Of a stretch of 64,000 nt of DNA, positions 38,069 to 52,988 are shown in pieces; position 1 is the stretch's first letter, and every line of letters starts with the position of its first letter. A program made the translations under genes and the position numbers. Origin of the DNA: the human T2T-CHM13v2.0 reference genome, Homo sapiens. The notes under the pieces are model-generated. The model made no database searches, was not told the origin of the DNA, and worked only from the letters and a program-made list of their open reading frames with translations. The stretch lies in NCBI RefSeq assembly GCF_009914755.1, contig NC_060942.1. One strand, written 5' to 3'.

Positions 38069-41000
38069 CATTCTCAGAAACTAGTTTCTGATGTGTGTCC
38101 TCAACTAACACAGTTGAACATTTCTTTAGACAGAACAGTTTTGAAACACTCTTTTTGTGGAATCTGCAAGTGGCTATTTGGCTAGATTTGAGGATTTCGT
38201 TGGAAACGGGATTACATATAAAAAGCAGTCAGCAGCATTCTCAGAAAGTTCTTTGTGATGATTGCATTCAAGTCACAGAATTGAACATTCCCTTTCACAG
38301 AGCAGGTTTGAAACACTCTTTTTGTAGTGTGTGTAAGTGGACATTTGGAGCACTTACCGGCCTAAGGTGAAAAAGGAAATATCTTCCCATAAAAACTAGA
38401 CAGAAGCATTCTCAGAAACTTACTCGTGATGTGTGTCCTCAACTAAAGGAGTAGAACCTTTCTTTTCATAGAGAAGTTTTGAAACGCTCTTTTTGTGGAA
38501 TCTGCAAGTGGATATTTGGCTAGTTTTGAGGATTTCGTTGGAAGCGGGAATTCATACAAATTGCAGACTGCAGCGTTCTGAGAAACATCTTTGTGATGTT
38601 TGTATTCAGGACACAGAGTTGAACATTCCCTATCATAGAGCAGGTTTGAATCACTCCTTTTGTAGTATCTGGAAGTGGACATTTGGAGCGCTTTCAGGCC
38701 TATGTTGGAAAAGGAAATATCTTCCCATAACAACTAGACAGAAGCATTCTCAGAAACTTATTTGAGATGTGTGTACTCAACTAAGAGAATTGAACCACCG
38801 TTTTGAAGGAGCAGTTTTGAAACTCTCTTTTTCTGGAATCTGCAAGTGGATATTTGGCTAGCTTTGGGGATTTCGCTGGAAGCGGGAATACATATAAAAA
38901 GCACACAGCAGCGTTCTGAGAAACTGCTTTCTGATGTTTGCATTCAAGTCAAAAGTTGAACACTCCCTTTCATAGAGCAGTCTTGAAACACCCCTTTTGT
39001 AGTATCTGGAACTGGACTTTTGGAGCGATTTCAGGGCTAAGGTGAAAAAGGAAATATCTTCCCATAAAAACTGGACAGAAGCATTCTCAGAAACTTGGTT
39101 ATGCTGTATCTACTCAACTAACAAAGTTGAACCTTTCTTTTGATAGAGCAGTTTTGAAATGGTCTTTTTGTGGAATCTGCAAGTGGATATTTGGCTAGTT
39201 TTGAGGATTTCGTTGGAAGCGGGAATTCATACAAATTGCAGACTGCAGCGTTCTGAGAAACATCTTTGTGATGTTTGTATTCAGGACACAGAGTTGAACA
39301 TTCCCTATCATAGAGCAGGTTGGAATCACTCCTTTTGTAGTATCTGGAAGTGGACATTTGGAGCGCTTTCAGGCCTATTTTGGAAAGGGAAATATCTTCC
39401 CGTAACAACTATGCAGAAGCATTCTCAGAAACTTGTTTGTGATGTGTGCCCTCTACTGACAGAGTTGAACCTTTCTTTTCATAGAGCAGTTTTGAAACAC
39501 TCTTTTTGTAGAATCTGCAAGAGGATATTTGCATAGCTTTGAGGATTTCGTGGGAAACGGGATTGTCTTCAGGTAAAATCTAGACAGAAGCATTCTCAGA
39601 AACTTCTTTGGGATGTTTGCATTCAAGTCACAGAGTAGAACATTCCCTTTGGTAGAGCAGGTTTGAAACACTCTTTTTGTAGTATCTGGAAGTGGACATT
39701 TGGAGCGCTTTCAGGCCCATGTTGGAAAGGGAAATATCTTCCCGTAACAACTAGGCAGAAGCATTCTCAGAAACTTATTTGAGATGTGTGTACTCAACTA
39801 AGAGAATTGAACCACCGTTTTGAAGGAGCAGTTTTGAAACACTCTTTTTCTGGAATCTGCAAGAGTATATTTGCCTAGCCTTGAGGATTTCGTTGGAAAC
39901 GGGATTGTCTTCAGAGAAAATCTAGACAGAAGCATTCTCAGAAACTTCTTTGGGATGTTTGCATTCAAGTCACAGAGTAGAACATTCCCTTTGGTAGAGC
40001 AGGTTTGAAACACTCTTTTTTTAGTATATGGAAGTGGACATTTTGATCGCTTTCAGGCCTACGTTGGAAAAGGAAATATCTTCCCATAACAACTAGACAG
40101 AAGCATTCTCAGAAACTAGTTTCTGATGTGTGTCCTCAACTAACACAGTTGAACATTTCTTTAGACAGAACAGTTTTGAAACACTCTTTTTGTGGAATCT
40201 GCAAGTGGCTATTTGGCTAGATTTGAGGATTTCGTTAGAAACGGGATTACATATAAAAAGCAGTCAGCAGCATTCTCAGAAAGTTCTTTGTGATGATTGC
40301 ATTCAAGTCACAGAATTGAACATTCCCTTTCACAGAGCAGGTTTGAAACACTCTTTTTGTAGTGTGTGTAAGTGGACATTTGGAGCACTTACCGGCCTAA
40401 GGTGAAAAAGGAAATATCTTCCCATAAAAACTAGACAGAAGCATTCTCAGAAACTTACTCGTGATGTGTGTCCTCAACTAAAGGAGTAGAACCTTTCTTT
40501 TCATAGAGAAGTTTTGAAACGCTCTTTTTGTGGAATCTGCAAGTGGATATTTGGCTAGTTTTGAGGATTTCGTTGGAAGCGGGAATTCATACAAATTGCA
40601 GACTGCAGCGTTCTGAGAAACATCTTTGTGATGTTTGTATTCAGGACACAGAGTTGAACATTCCCTATCATAGAGCAGGTTTGAATCACTCCTTTTGTAG
40701 TATCTGGAAGTGGACATTTGGAGCGCTTTCAGGCCTATGTTGGAAAAGGAAATATCTTCCCATAACAACTAGACAGAAGCATTCTCAGAAACTTATTTGA
40801 GATGTGTGTACTCAACTAAGAGAATTGAACCACCGTTTTGAAGGAGCAGTTTTGAAACTCTCTTTTTCTGGAATCTGCAAGTGGATATTTGGCTAGCTTT
40901 GGGGATTTCGCTGGAAGCGGGAATACATATAAAAAGCACACAGCAGCGTTCTGAGAAACTGCTTTCTGATGTTTGCATTCAAGTCAAAAGTTGAACACTC

Positions 41001-42138
41001 CCTTTCATAGAGCAGTCTTGAAACACCCCTTTTGTAGTATCTGGAACTGGACTTTTGGAGCGATTTCAGGGCTAAGGTGAAAAAGGAAATATCTTCCCAT
41101 AAAAACTGGACAGAAGCATTCTCAGAAACTTGTTTATGCTGTATCTACTCAACTAAAAAAGTTGAACCTTTCTTTTGATAGAGCAGTTTTGAAATGGTCT
41201 TTTTGTGGAATCTGCAAGTGGATATTTGGCTAGTTTTGAGGATTTCGTTGGAAGCGGGAATTCATACAAATTGCAGACTGCAGCGTTCTGAGAAACATCT
41301 TTGTGATGTTTGTATTCAGGACACAGAGTTGAACATTCCCTATCATAGAGCAGGTTGGAATCACTCCTTTTGTAGTATCTGGAAGTGGACATTTGGAGCG
41401 CTTTCAGGACTATTTTGGAAAGGGAAATATCTTCCCGTAACAACTATGCAGAAGCATTCTCAGAAACTTGTTTGTGATGTGTGCCCTCTACTGACAGAGT
41501 TGAACCTTTCTTTTCATAGAGCAGTTTTGAAACACTCTTTTTGTAGAATCTGCAAGAGGATATTTGCATAGCTTTGAGGATTTCGTGGGAAACGGGATTG
41601 TCTTCAGGTAAAATCTAGACAGAAGCATTCTCAGAAACTTCTTTGGGATGTTTGCATTCAAGTCACAGAGTAGAACATTCCCTTTGGTAGAGCAGGTTTG
41701 AAACACTCTTTTTGTAGTATCTGGAAGTGGACATTTGGAGCGCTTTCAGGCCCATGTTGGAAAGGGAAATATCTTCCCGTAACAACTAGGCAGAAGCATT
41801 CTCAGAAACTTATTTGAGATGTGTGTACTCAACTAAGAGAATTGAACCACCGTTTTGAAGGAGCAGTTTTGAAACACTCTTTTTCTGGAATCTGCAAGAG
41901 TATATTTGCCTAGCCTTGAGGATTTCGTTGGAAACGGGATTGTCTTCAGAGAAAATCTAGACAGAAGCATTCTCAGAAACTTCTTTGGGATGTTTGCATT
42001 CAAGTCACAGAGTAGAACATTCCCTTTGGTAGAGCAGGTTTGAAACACTCTTTTTTTAGTATATGGAAGTGGACATTTGGATCGCTTTCAGGCCTACGTT
42101 GGAAAAGGAAATATCTTCCCATAACAACTAGACAGAAG
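38069..42138 (+). repeat. Two canonical 12-mer HORs
   Basis: Anchors at 38095, 40130 and 42165. Confidence 0.96.
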
Positions 42139-44848
42139 CATTCTCAGAAACTAGTTTCTGATGTGTGTCCTCAACTAACACAGTTGAACATTTCTTTAGA
42201 CAGAACAGTTTTGAAACACTCTTTTTGTGGAATCTGCAAGTGGCTATTTGGCTAGATTTGAGGATTTCGTTGGAAACGGGATTACATATAAAAAGCAGTC
42301 AGCAGCATTCTCAGAAAGTTCTTTGTGATGATTGCATTCAAGTCACAGAATTGAACATTCCCTTTCACAGAGCAGGTTTGAAACACTCTTTTTGTAGTGT
42401 GTGTAAGTGGACATTTGGAGCACTTACCGGCCTAAGGTGAAAAAGGAAATATCTTCCCATAAAAACTAGACAGAAGCATTCTCAGAAACTTACTCGTGAT
42501 GTGTGTCCTCAACTAAAGGAGTAGAACCTTTCTTTTCATAGAGAAGTTTTGAAACGCTCTTTTTGTGGAATCTGCAAGTGGATATTTGGCTAGTTTTGAG
42601 GATTTCGTTGGAAGCGGGAATTCATACAAATTGCAGACTGCAGCGTTCTGAGAAACATCTTTGTGATGTTTGTATTCAGGACACAGAGTTGAACATTCCC
42701 TATCATAGAGCAGGTTGGAATCACTCCTTTTGTAGTATCTGGAAGTGGACATTTGGAGCGCTTTCAGGCCTATGTTGGAAAAGGAAATATCTTCCCATAA
42801 CAACTAGACAGAAGCATTCTCAGAAACTTATTTGAGATGTGTGTACTCAACTAAGAGAATTGAACCACCGTTTTGAAGGAGCAGTTTTGAAACTCTCTTT
42901 TTCTGGAATCTGCAAGTGGATATTTGGCTAGCTTTGGGGATTTCGCTGGAAGCGGGAATACATATAAAAAGCACACAGCAGCGTTCGGAGAAACTGCTTT
43001 CTGATGTTTGCATTCAAGTCAAAAGTTGAACACTCCCTTTCATAGAGCAGTCTTGAAACACCCCTTTTGTAGTATCTGGAACTGGACTTTTGGAGCGATT
43101 TCAGGGCTAAGGTGAAAAAGGAAATATCTTCCCATAAAAACTGGACAGAAGCATTCTCAGAAACTTGTTTATGCTGTATCTACTCAACTAACAAAGTTGA
43201 ACCTTTCTTTTGATAGAGCAGTTTTGAAATGGTCTTTTTGTGGAATCTGCAAGTGGATATTTGGCTAGTTTTGAGGATTTCGTTGGAAGCGGGAATTCAT
43301 ACAAATTGCAGACTGCAGCGTTCTGAGAAACATCTTTGTGATGTTTGTATTCAGGACACAGAGTTGAACATTCCCTATCATAGAGCAGGTTGGAATCACT
43401 CCTTTTGTAGTATCTGGAAGTGGACATTTGGAGCGCTTTCAGGCCTATGTTGGAAAAGGAAATATCTTCCCATAACAACTAGACAGAAGCATTCTCAGAA
43501 ACTTATTTGAGATGTGTGTACTCAACTAAGAGAATTGAACCACCGTTTTGAAGGAGCAGTTTTGAAACTCTCTTTTTCTGGAATCTGCAAGTGGATATTT
43601 GGCTAGCTTTGGGGATTTCGCTGGAAGCGGGAATACATATAAAAAGCACACAGCAGCGTTCTGAGAAACTGCTTTCTGATGTTTGCATTCAAGTCAAAAG
43701 TTGAACACTCCCTTTCATAGAGCAGTCTTGAAACACCCGTTTTGTAGTATCTGGAACTGGACTTTTGGAGCGATTTCAGGGCTAAGGTGAAAAAGGAAAT
43801 ATCTTCCCATAAAAACTGGACAGAAGCATTCTCAGAAACTTGTTTATGCTGTAACTACTCAACTAACAAAGTTGAACCTTTCTTTTGATAGAGCAGTTTT
43901 GAAATGGTCTTTTTGTGGAATCTGCAAGTGGATATTTGGCTAGTTTTGAGGATTTCGTTGGAAGCGGGAATTCATACAAATTGCAGACTGCAGCGTTCTG
44001 AGAAACATCTTTGTGATGTTTGTATTCAGGACACAGAGTTGAACATTCCCTATCATAGAGCAGGTTGGAATCACTCCTTTTGTAGTATCTGGAAGTGGAC
44101 ATTTGGAGCGCTTTCAGGCCTATTTTGGAAAGGGAAATATCTTCCCGTAACAACTATGCAGAAGCATTCTCAGAAACTTGTTTGTGATGTGTGCCCTCTA
44201 CTGACAGAGTTGAACCTTTCTTTTCATAGAGCAGTTTTGAAACACTCTTTTTGTAGAATCTGCAAGAGGATATTTGCATAGCTTTGAGGATTTCGTGGGA
44301 AACGGGATTGTCTTCAGGTAAAATCTAGACAGAAGCATTCTCAGAAACTTCTTTGGGATGTTTGCATTCAAGTCACAGAGTAGAACATTCCCTTTGGTAG
44401 AGCAGGTTTGAAACACTCTTTTTGTAGTATCTGGAAGTGGACATTTGGAGCGCTTTCAGGCCCATGTTGGAAAGGGAAATATCTTCCCGTAACAACTAGG
44501 CAGAAGCATTCTCAGAAACTTATTTGAGATGTGTGTACTCAACTAAGAGAATTGAACCACCGTTTTGAAGGAGCAGTTTTGAAACACTCTTTTTCTGGAA
44601 TCTGCAAGAGTATATTTGCCTAGCCTTGAGGATTTCGTTGGAAACGGGATTGTCTTCAGAGAAAATCTAGACAGAAGCATTCTCAGAAACTTCTTTGGGA
44701 TGTTTGCATTCAAGTCACAGAGTAGAACATTCCCTTTGGTAGAGCAGGTTTGAAACACTCTTTTTTTAGTATATGGAAGTGGACATTTGGAGCGCTTTCA
44801 GGCCTACGTTGGAAAAGGAAATATCTTCCCATAAAAACTAGACAGAAG
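42139..44848 (+). repeat. 16-mer HOR variant (2710 bp)
   Basis: Anchor spacing 42165 to 44875; duplicated M5 ORFs at 42828 and 43503. Confidence 0.96.
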
Positions 44849-47800
44849 CATTCTCAGAAACTAGTTTCTGATGTGTGTCCTCAACTAACACAGTGGAACA
44901 TTTCTTTAGACAGAACAGTTTTGAAACACTCTTTTTGTGGAATCTGCAAGTGGCTATTTGGCTAGATTTGAGGATTTCGTTGGAAACGGGATTACTTATA
45001 AAAAGCAGTCAGCAGCATTCTCAGAAAGTTCTTTGTGATGATTGCATTCAAGTCACAGAATTGAACATTCCCTTTCACAGAGCAGGTTTGAAACACTCTT
45101 TTTGTAGTGTGTGTAAGTGGACATTTGGAGCGCTTTCCGGCCTAAGGTGAAAAAGGAAATATCTTCCCATAAAAACTAGACAGAAGCATTCTCAGAAACT
45201 TACTCGTGATGTGTGTCCTCAACTAAAGGAGTAGAACCTTTCTTTTCATAGAGAAGTTTTGAAACGCTCTTTTTGTGGAATCTGCAAGTGGATATTTGGC
45301 TAGTTTTGAGGATTTCGTTGGAAGCGGGAATTCATACAAATTGCAGACTGCAGCGTTCTGAGAATCATCTTTGTGATGTTTGTATTCAGGACACAGAGTT
45401 GAACATTCCCTATCATAGAGCAGGTTTGAATCACTCCTTTTGTAATATCTGGAAGTGGACATTTGGAGCGCTTTCAGGCCTATGTTGGAAAAGGAAATAT
45501 CTTCCCATAACAACTAGACAGAAGCATTCTCAGAAACTTATTTGAGATGTGTGTACTCAACTAAGAGAATTGAACCACCGTTTTGAAGGAGCAGTTTTGA
45601 AACACTCTTTTTCTGGAATCTGCAAGTGGATATTTGGCTAGCTTTGGGGATTTCGCTGGAAGCGGGAATACATATAAAAAGCACACAGCAGCGTTCTGAG
45701 AAACTGCTTTCTGATGTTTGCATTCAAGTCAAAAGTTGAACACTCCCTTTCATAGAGCAGTCTTGAAACACCCCTTTTGTAGTATCTGGAACTGGACTTT
45801 TGGAGCGATTTCAGGGCTAAGGTGAAAAAGGAAATATCTTCCCATAAAAACTGGACAGAAGCATTCTCAGAAACTTGTTTATGCTGTATCTACTCAACTA
45901 ACAAAGTTGAACCTTTCTTTTGATAGAGCAGTTTTGAAATGGTCTTTTTGTGGAATCTGCAAGTGGATATTTGGCTAGTTTTGAGGATTTCGTTGGAAGC
46001 GGGAATTCATACAAATTGCAGACTGCAGCGTTCTGAGAAACATCTTTGTGATGTTTGTATTCAGGACACAGAGTTGAACATTCCCTATCATAGAGCAGGT
46101 TGGAATCACTCCTTTTGTAGTATCTGGAAGTGGACATTTGGAGCGCTTTCAGGCCTATTTTGGAAAGGGAAATATCTTCCCGTAACAACTATGCAGAAGC
46201 ATTCTCAGAAACTTGTTTGTGATGTGTGCCCTCTACTGACAGAGTTGAACCTTTCTTTTCATAGAGCAGTTTTGAAACACTCTTTTTGTAGAATCTGCAA
46301 GAGGATATTTGCATAGCTTTGAGGATTTCGTGGGAAACGGGATTGTCTTCAGGTAAAATCTAGACAGAAGCATTCTCAGAAACTTCTTTGGGATGTTTGC
46401 ATTCAAGTCACAGAGTAGAACATTCCCTTTGGTAGAGCAGGTTTGAAACACTCTTTTTGTAGTATCTGGAAGTGGACATTTGGAGCGCTTTCAGGCCCAT
46501 GTTGGAAAAGGAAATATCTTCCCGTAACAACTAGGCAGAAGCATTCTCAGAAACTTATTTGAGATGTGTGTACTCAACTAAGAGAATTGAACCACCGTTT
46601 TGAAGGAGCAGTTTTGAAACACTCTTTTTCTGGAATCTGCAAGAGTATATTTGCCTAGCCTTGAGGATTTCGTTGGAAACGGGATTGTCTTCAGAGAAAA
46701 TCTAGACAGAAGCATTCTCAGAAACTTCTTTGGGATGTTTGCATTCAAGTCACAGAGTAGAACATTCCCTTTGGTAGAGCAGGTTTGAAACACTCTTTTT
46801 TTAGTATATGGAAGTGGACATTTGGAGCGCTTTCAGGCCTACGTTGGAAAAGGAAATATCTTCCCATAACAACTAGACAGAAGCATTCTCAGAAACTAGT
46901 TTCTGATGTGTGTCCTCAACTAACACAGTTGAACATTTCTTTAGACAGAACAGTTTTGAAACACTCTTTTTGTGGAATCTGCAAGTGGCTATTTGGCTAG
47001 ATTTGAGGATTTCGTTGGAAACGGGATTACATATAAAAAGCAGTCAGCAGCATTCTCAGAAAGTTCTTTGTGATGATTGCATTCAAGTCACAGAATTGAA
47101 CATTCCCTTTCACAGAGCAGGTTTGAAACACTCTTTTTGTAGTGTGTGTAAGTGGACATTTGGAGCGCTTTCCGGCCTAAGGTGAAAAAGGAAATATCTT
47201 CCCATAAAAACTAGACAGAAGCATTCTCAGAAACTTACTCGTGATGTGTGTCCTCAACTAAAGGAGTAGAACCTTTCTTTTCATAGAGAAGTTTTGAAAC
47301 GCTCTTTTTGTGGAATCTGCAAGTGGATATTTGGCTAGTTTTGAGGATTTCGTTGGAAGCGGGAATTCATACAAATTGCAGACTGCAGCGTTCTGAGAAA
47401 CATCTTTGTGATGTTTGTATTCAGGACACAGAGTTGAACATTCCCTATCATAGAGCAGGTTTGAATCACTCCTTTTGTAGTATCTGGAAGTGGACATTTG
47501 GAGCGCTTTCAGGCCTATGTTGGAAAAGGAAATATCTTCCCATAACAACTAGACAGAAGCATTCTCAGAAACTTATTTGAGATGTGTGTACTCAACTAAG
47601 AGAATTGAACCACCGTTTTGAAGGAGCAGTTTTGAAACTCTCTTTTTCTGGAATCTGCAAGTGGATATTTGGCTAGCTTTGGGGATTTCGCTGGAAGCGG
47701 GAATACATATAAAAAGCACACAGCAGCGTTCTGAGAAACTGCTTTCTGATGTTTGCATTCAAGTCAAAAGTTGAACACTCCCTTTCATAGAGCAGTCTTG

Positions 47801-50800
47801 AAACACCCCTTTTGTAGTATCTGGAACTGGACTTTTGGAGCGATTTCAGGGCTAAGGTGAAAAAGGAAATATCTTCCCATAAAAACTGGACAGAAGCATT
47901 CTCAGAAACTTGGTTATGCTGTATCTACTCAACTAACAAAGTTGAACCTTTCTTTTGATAGAGCAGTTTTGAAATGGTCTTTTTGTGGAATCTGCAAGTG
48001 GATATTTGGCTAGTTTTGAGGATTTCGTTGGAAGCGGGAATTCATACAAATTGCAGACTGCAGCGTTCTGAGAAACATCTTTGTGATGTTTGTATTCAGG
48101 ACACAGAGTTGAACATTCCCTATCATAGAGCAGGTTGGAATCACTCCTTTTGTAGTATCTGGAAGTGGACATTTGGAGCGCTTTCAGGCCTATTTTGGAA
48201 AGGGAAATATCTTCCCGTAACAACTATGCAGAAGCATTCTCAGAAACTTGTTTGTGATGTGTGCCCTCTACTGACAGAGTTGAACCTTTCTTTTCATAGA
48301 GCAGTTTTGAAACACTCTTTTTGTAGAATCTGCAAGAGGATATTTGCATAGCTTTGAGGATTTCGTGGGAAACGGGATTGTCTTCAGGTAAAATCTAGAC
48401 AGAAGCATTCTCAGAAACTTCTTTGGGATGTTTGCATTCAAGTCACAGAGTAGAACATTCCCTTTGGTAGAGCAGGTTTGAAACACTCTTTTTGTAGTAT
48501 CTGGAAGTGGACATTTGGAGCGCTTTCAGGCCCATGTTGGAAAGGGAAATATCTTCCCGTAACAACTAGGCAGAAGCATTCTCAGAAACTTATTTGAGAT
48601 GTGTGTACTCAACTAAGAGAATTGAACCACCGTTTTGAAGGAGCAGTTTTGAAACACTCTTTTTCTGGAATCTGCAAGAGTATATTTGCCTAGCCTTGAG
48701 GATTTCGTTGGAAACGGGATTGTCTTCAGAGAAAATCTAGACAGAAGCATTCTCAGAAACTTCTTTGGGATGTTTGCATTCAAGTCACAGAGTAGAACAT
48801 TCCCTTTGGTAGAGCAGGTTTGAAACACTCTTTTTTTAGTATATGGAAGTGGACATTTGGAGCGCTTTCAGGCCTACGTTGGAAAAGGAAATATCTTCCC
48901 ATAACAACTAGACAGAAGCATTCTCAGAAACTAGTTTCTGATGTGTGTCCTCAACTAACACAGTTGAACATTTCTTTAGACAGAACAGTTTTGAAACACT
49001 CTTTTTGTGGAATCTGCAAGTGGCTATTTGGCTAGATTTGAGGATTTCGTTGGAAACGGGATTACATATAAAAAGCAGTCAGCAGCATTCTCAGAAAGTT
49101 CTTTGTGATGATTGCATTCAAGTCACAGAATTGAACATTCCCTTTCACAGAGCAGGTTTGAAACACTCTTTTTGTAGTGTGTGTAAGTGGACATTTGGAG
49201 CGCTTTCCGGCCTAAGGTGAAAAAGGAAATATCTTCCCATAAAAACTAGACAGAAGCATTCTCAGAAACTTACTCGTGATGTGTGTCCTCAACTAAAGGA
49301 GTAGAACCTTTCTTTTCATAGAGAAGTTTTGAAACGCTCTTTTTGTGGAATCTGCAAGTGGATATTTGGCTAGTTTTGAGGATTTCGTTGGAAGCGGGAA
49401 TTCATACAAATTGCAGACTGCAGCGTTCTGAGAATCATCTTTGTGATGTTTGTATTCAGGACACAGAGTTGAACATTCCCTATCATAGAGCAGGTTTGAA
49501 TCACTCCTTTTGTAATATCTGGAAGTGGACATTTGGAGCGCTTTCAGGCCTATGTTGGAAAAGGAAATATCTTCCCATAACAACTAGACAGAAGCATTCT
49601 CAGAAACTTATTTGAGATGTGTGTACTCAACTAAGAGAATTGAACCACCGTTTTGAAGGAGCAGTTTTGAAACACTCTTTTTCTGGAATCTGCAAGTGGA
49701 TATTTGGCTAGCTTTGGGGATTTCGCTGGAAGCGGGAATACATATAAAAAGCACACAGCAGCGTTCTGAGAAACTGCTTTCTGATGTTTGCATTCAAGTC
49801 AAAAGTTGAACACTCCCTTTCATAGAGCAGTCTTGAAACACCCCTTTTGTAGTATCTGGAACTGGACTTTTGGAGCGATTTCAGGGCTAAGGTGAAAAAG
49901 GAAATATCTTCCCATAAAAACTGGACAGAAGCATTCTCAGAAACTTGTTTATGCTGTATCTACTCAACTAACAAAGTTGAACCTTTCTTTTGATAGAGCA
50001 GTTTTGAAATGGTCTTTTTGTGGAATCTGCAAGTGGATATTTGGCTAGTTTTGAGGATTTCGTTGGAAGCGGGAATTCATACAAATTGCAGACTGCAGCG
50101 TTCTGAGAAACATCTTTGTGATGTTTGTATTCAGGACACAGAGTTGAACATTCCCTATCATAGAGCAGGTTGGAATCACTCCTTTTGTAGTATCTGGAAG
50201 TGGACATTTGGAGCGCTTTCAGGCCTATTTTGGAAAGGGAAATATCTTCCCGTAACAACTATGCAGAAGCATTCTCAGAAACTTGTTTTTGATGTGTGCC
50301 CTCTACTGACAGAGTTGAACCTTTCTTTTCATAGAGCAGTTTTGAAACACTCTTTTTGTAGAATCTGCAAGAGGATATTTGCATAGCTTTGAGGATTTCG
50401 TGGGAAACGGGATTGTCTTCAGGTAAAATCTAGACAGAAGCATTCTCAGAAACTTCTTTGGGATGTTTGCATTCAAGTCACAGAGTAGAACATTCCCTTT
50501 GGTAGAGCAGGTTTGAAACACTCTTTTTGTAGTATCTGGAAGTGGACATTTGGAGCGCTTTCAGGCCCATGTTGGAAAAGGAAATATCTTCCCGTAACAA
50601 CTAGGCAGAAGCATTCTCAGAAACTTATTTGAGATGTGTGTACTCAACTAAGAGAATTGAACCACCGTTTTGAAGGAGCAGTTTTGAAACACTCTTTTTC
50701 TGGAATCTGCAAGAGTATATTTGCCTAGCCTTGAGGATTTCGTTGGAAACGGGATTGTCTTCAGAGAAAATCTAGACAGAAGCATTCTCAGAAACTTCTT

Positions 50801-52988
50801 TGGGATGTTTGCATTCAAGTCACAGAGTAGAACATTCCCTTTGGTAGAGCAGGTTTGAAACACTCTTTTTTTAGTATATGGAAGTGGACATTTGGAGCGC
50901 TTTCAGGCCTACGTTGGAAAAGGAAATATCTTCCCATAACAACTAGACAGAAGCATTCTCAGAAACTAGTTTCTGATGTGTGTCCTCAACTAACACAGTT
51001 GAACATTTCTTTAGACAGAACAGTTTTGAAACACTCTTTTTGTGGAATCTGCAAGTGGCTATTTGGCTAGATTTGAGGATTTCGTTGGAAACGGGATTAC
51101 ATATAAAAAGCAGTCAGCAGCATTCTCAGAAAGTTCTTTGTGATGATTGCATTCAAGTCACAGAATTGAACATTCCCTTTCACAGAGCAGGTTTGAAACA
51201 CTCTTTTTGTAGTGTGTGTAAGTGGACATTTGGAGCACTTACCGGCCTAAGGTGAAAAAGGAAATATCTTCCCATAAAAACTAGACAGAAGCATTCTCAG
51301 AAACTTACTCGTGATGTGTGTCCTCAACTAAAGGAGTAGAACCTTTCTTTTCATAGAGAAGTTTTGAAACGCTCTTTTTGTGGAATCTGCAAGTGGATAT
51401 TTGGCTAGTTTTGAGGATTTCGTTGGAAGCGGGAATTCATACAAATTGCAGACTGCAGCGTTCTGAGAAACATCTTTGTGATGTTTGTATTCAGGACACA
51501 GAGTTGAACATTCCCTATCATAGAGCAGGTTTGAATCACTCCTTTTGTAGTATCTGGAAGTGGACATTTGGAGCGCTTTCAGGCCTATGTTGGAAAAGGA
51601 AATATCTTCCCATAACAACTAGACAGAAGCATTCTCAGAAACTTATTTGAGATGTGTGTACTCAACTAAGAGAATTGAACCACCGTTTTGAAGGAGCAGT
51701 TTTGAAACTCTCTTTTTCTGGAATCTGCAAGTGGATATTTGGCTAGCTTTGGGGATTTCGCTGGAAGCGGGAATACATATAAAAAGCACACAGCAGCGTT
51801 CTGAGAAACTGCTTTCTGATGTTTGCATTCAAGTCAAAAGTTGAACACTCCCTTTCATAGAGCAGTCTTGAAACACCCCTTTTGTAGTATCTGGAACTGG
51901 ACTTTTGGAGCGATTTCAGGGCTAAGGTGAAAAAGGAAATATCTTCCCATAAAAACTGGACAGAAGCATTCTCAGAAACTTGTTTATGCTGTATCTACTC
52001 AACTAACAAAGTTGAACCTTTCTTTTGATAGAGCAGTTTTGAAATGGTCTTTTTGTGGAATCTGCAAGTGGATATTTGGCTAGTTTTGAGGATTTCGTTG
52101 GAAGCGGGAATTCATACAAATTGCAGACTGCAGCGTTCTGAGAAACATCTTTGTGATGTTTGTATTCAGGACACAGAGTTGAACATTCCCTATCATAGAG
52201 CAGGTTGGAATCACTCCTTTTGTAGTATCTGGAAGTGGACATTTGGAGCGCTTTCAGGCCTATTTTGGAAAGGGAAATATCTTCCCGTAACAACTATGCA
52301 GAAGCATTCTCAGAAACTTGTTTGTGATGTGTGCCCTCTACTGACAGAGTTGAACCTTTCTTTTCATAGAGCAGTTTTGAAACACTCTTTTTGTAGAATC
52401 TGCAAGAGGATATTTGCATAGCTTTGAGGATTTCGTGGGAAACGGGATTGTCTTCAGGTAAAATCTAGACAGAAGCATTCTCAGAAACTTCTTTGGGATG
52501 TTTGCATTCAAGTCACAGAGTAGAACATTCCCTTTGGTAGAGCAGGTTTGAAACACTCTTTTTGTAGTATCTGGAAGTGGACATTTGGAGCGCTTTCAGG
52601 CCCATGTTGGAAAGGGAAATATCTTCCCGTAACAACTAGGCAGAAGCATTCTCAGAAACTTATTTGAGATGTGTGTACTCAACTAAGAGAATTGAACCAC
52701 CGTTTTGAAGGAGCAGTTTTGAAACACTCTTTTTCTGGAATCTGCAAGAGTATATTTGCCTAGCCTTGAGGATTTCGTTGGAAACGGGATTGTCTTCAGA
52801 GAAAATCTAGACAGAAGCATTCTCAGAAACTTCTTTGGGATGTTTGCATTCAAGTCACAGAGTAGAACATTCCCTTTGGTAGAGCAGGTTTGAAACACTC
52901 TTTTTTTAGTATATGGAAGTGGACATTTGGATCGCTTTCAGGCCTACGTTGGAAAAGGAAATATCTTCCCATAACAACTAGACAGAAG
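44849..52988 (+). repeat. Four canonical 12-mer HORs
   Basis: Anchors at 44875, 46910, 48945, 50980 and 53015. Confidence 0.96.
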
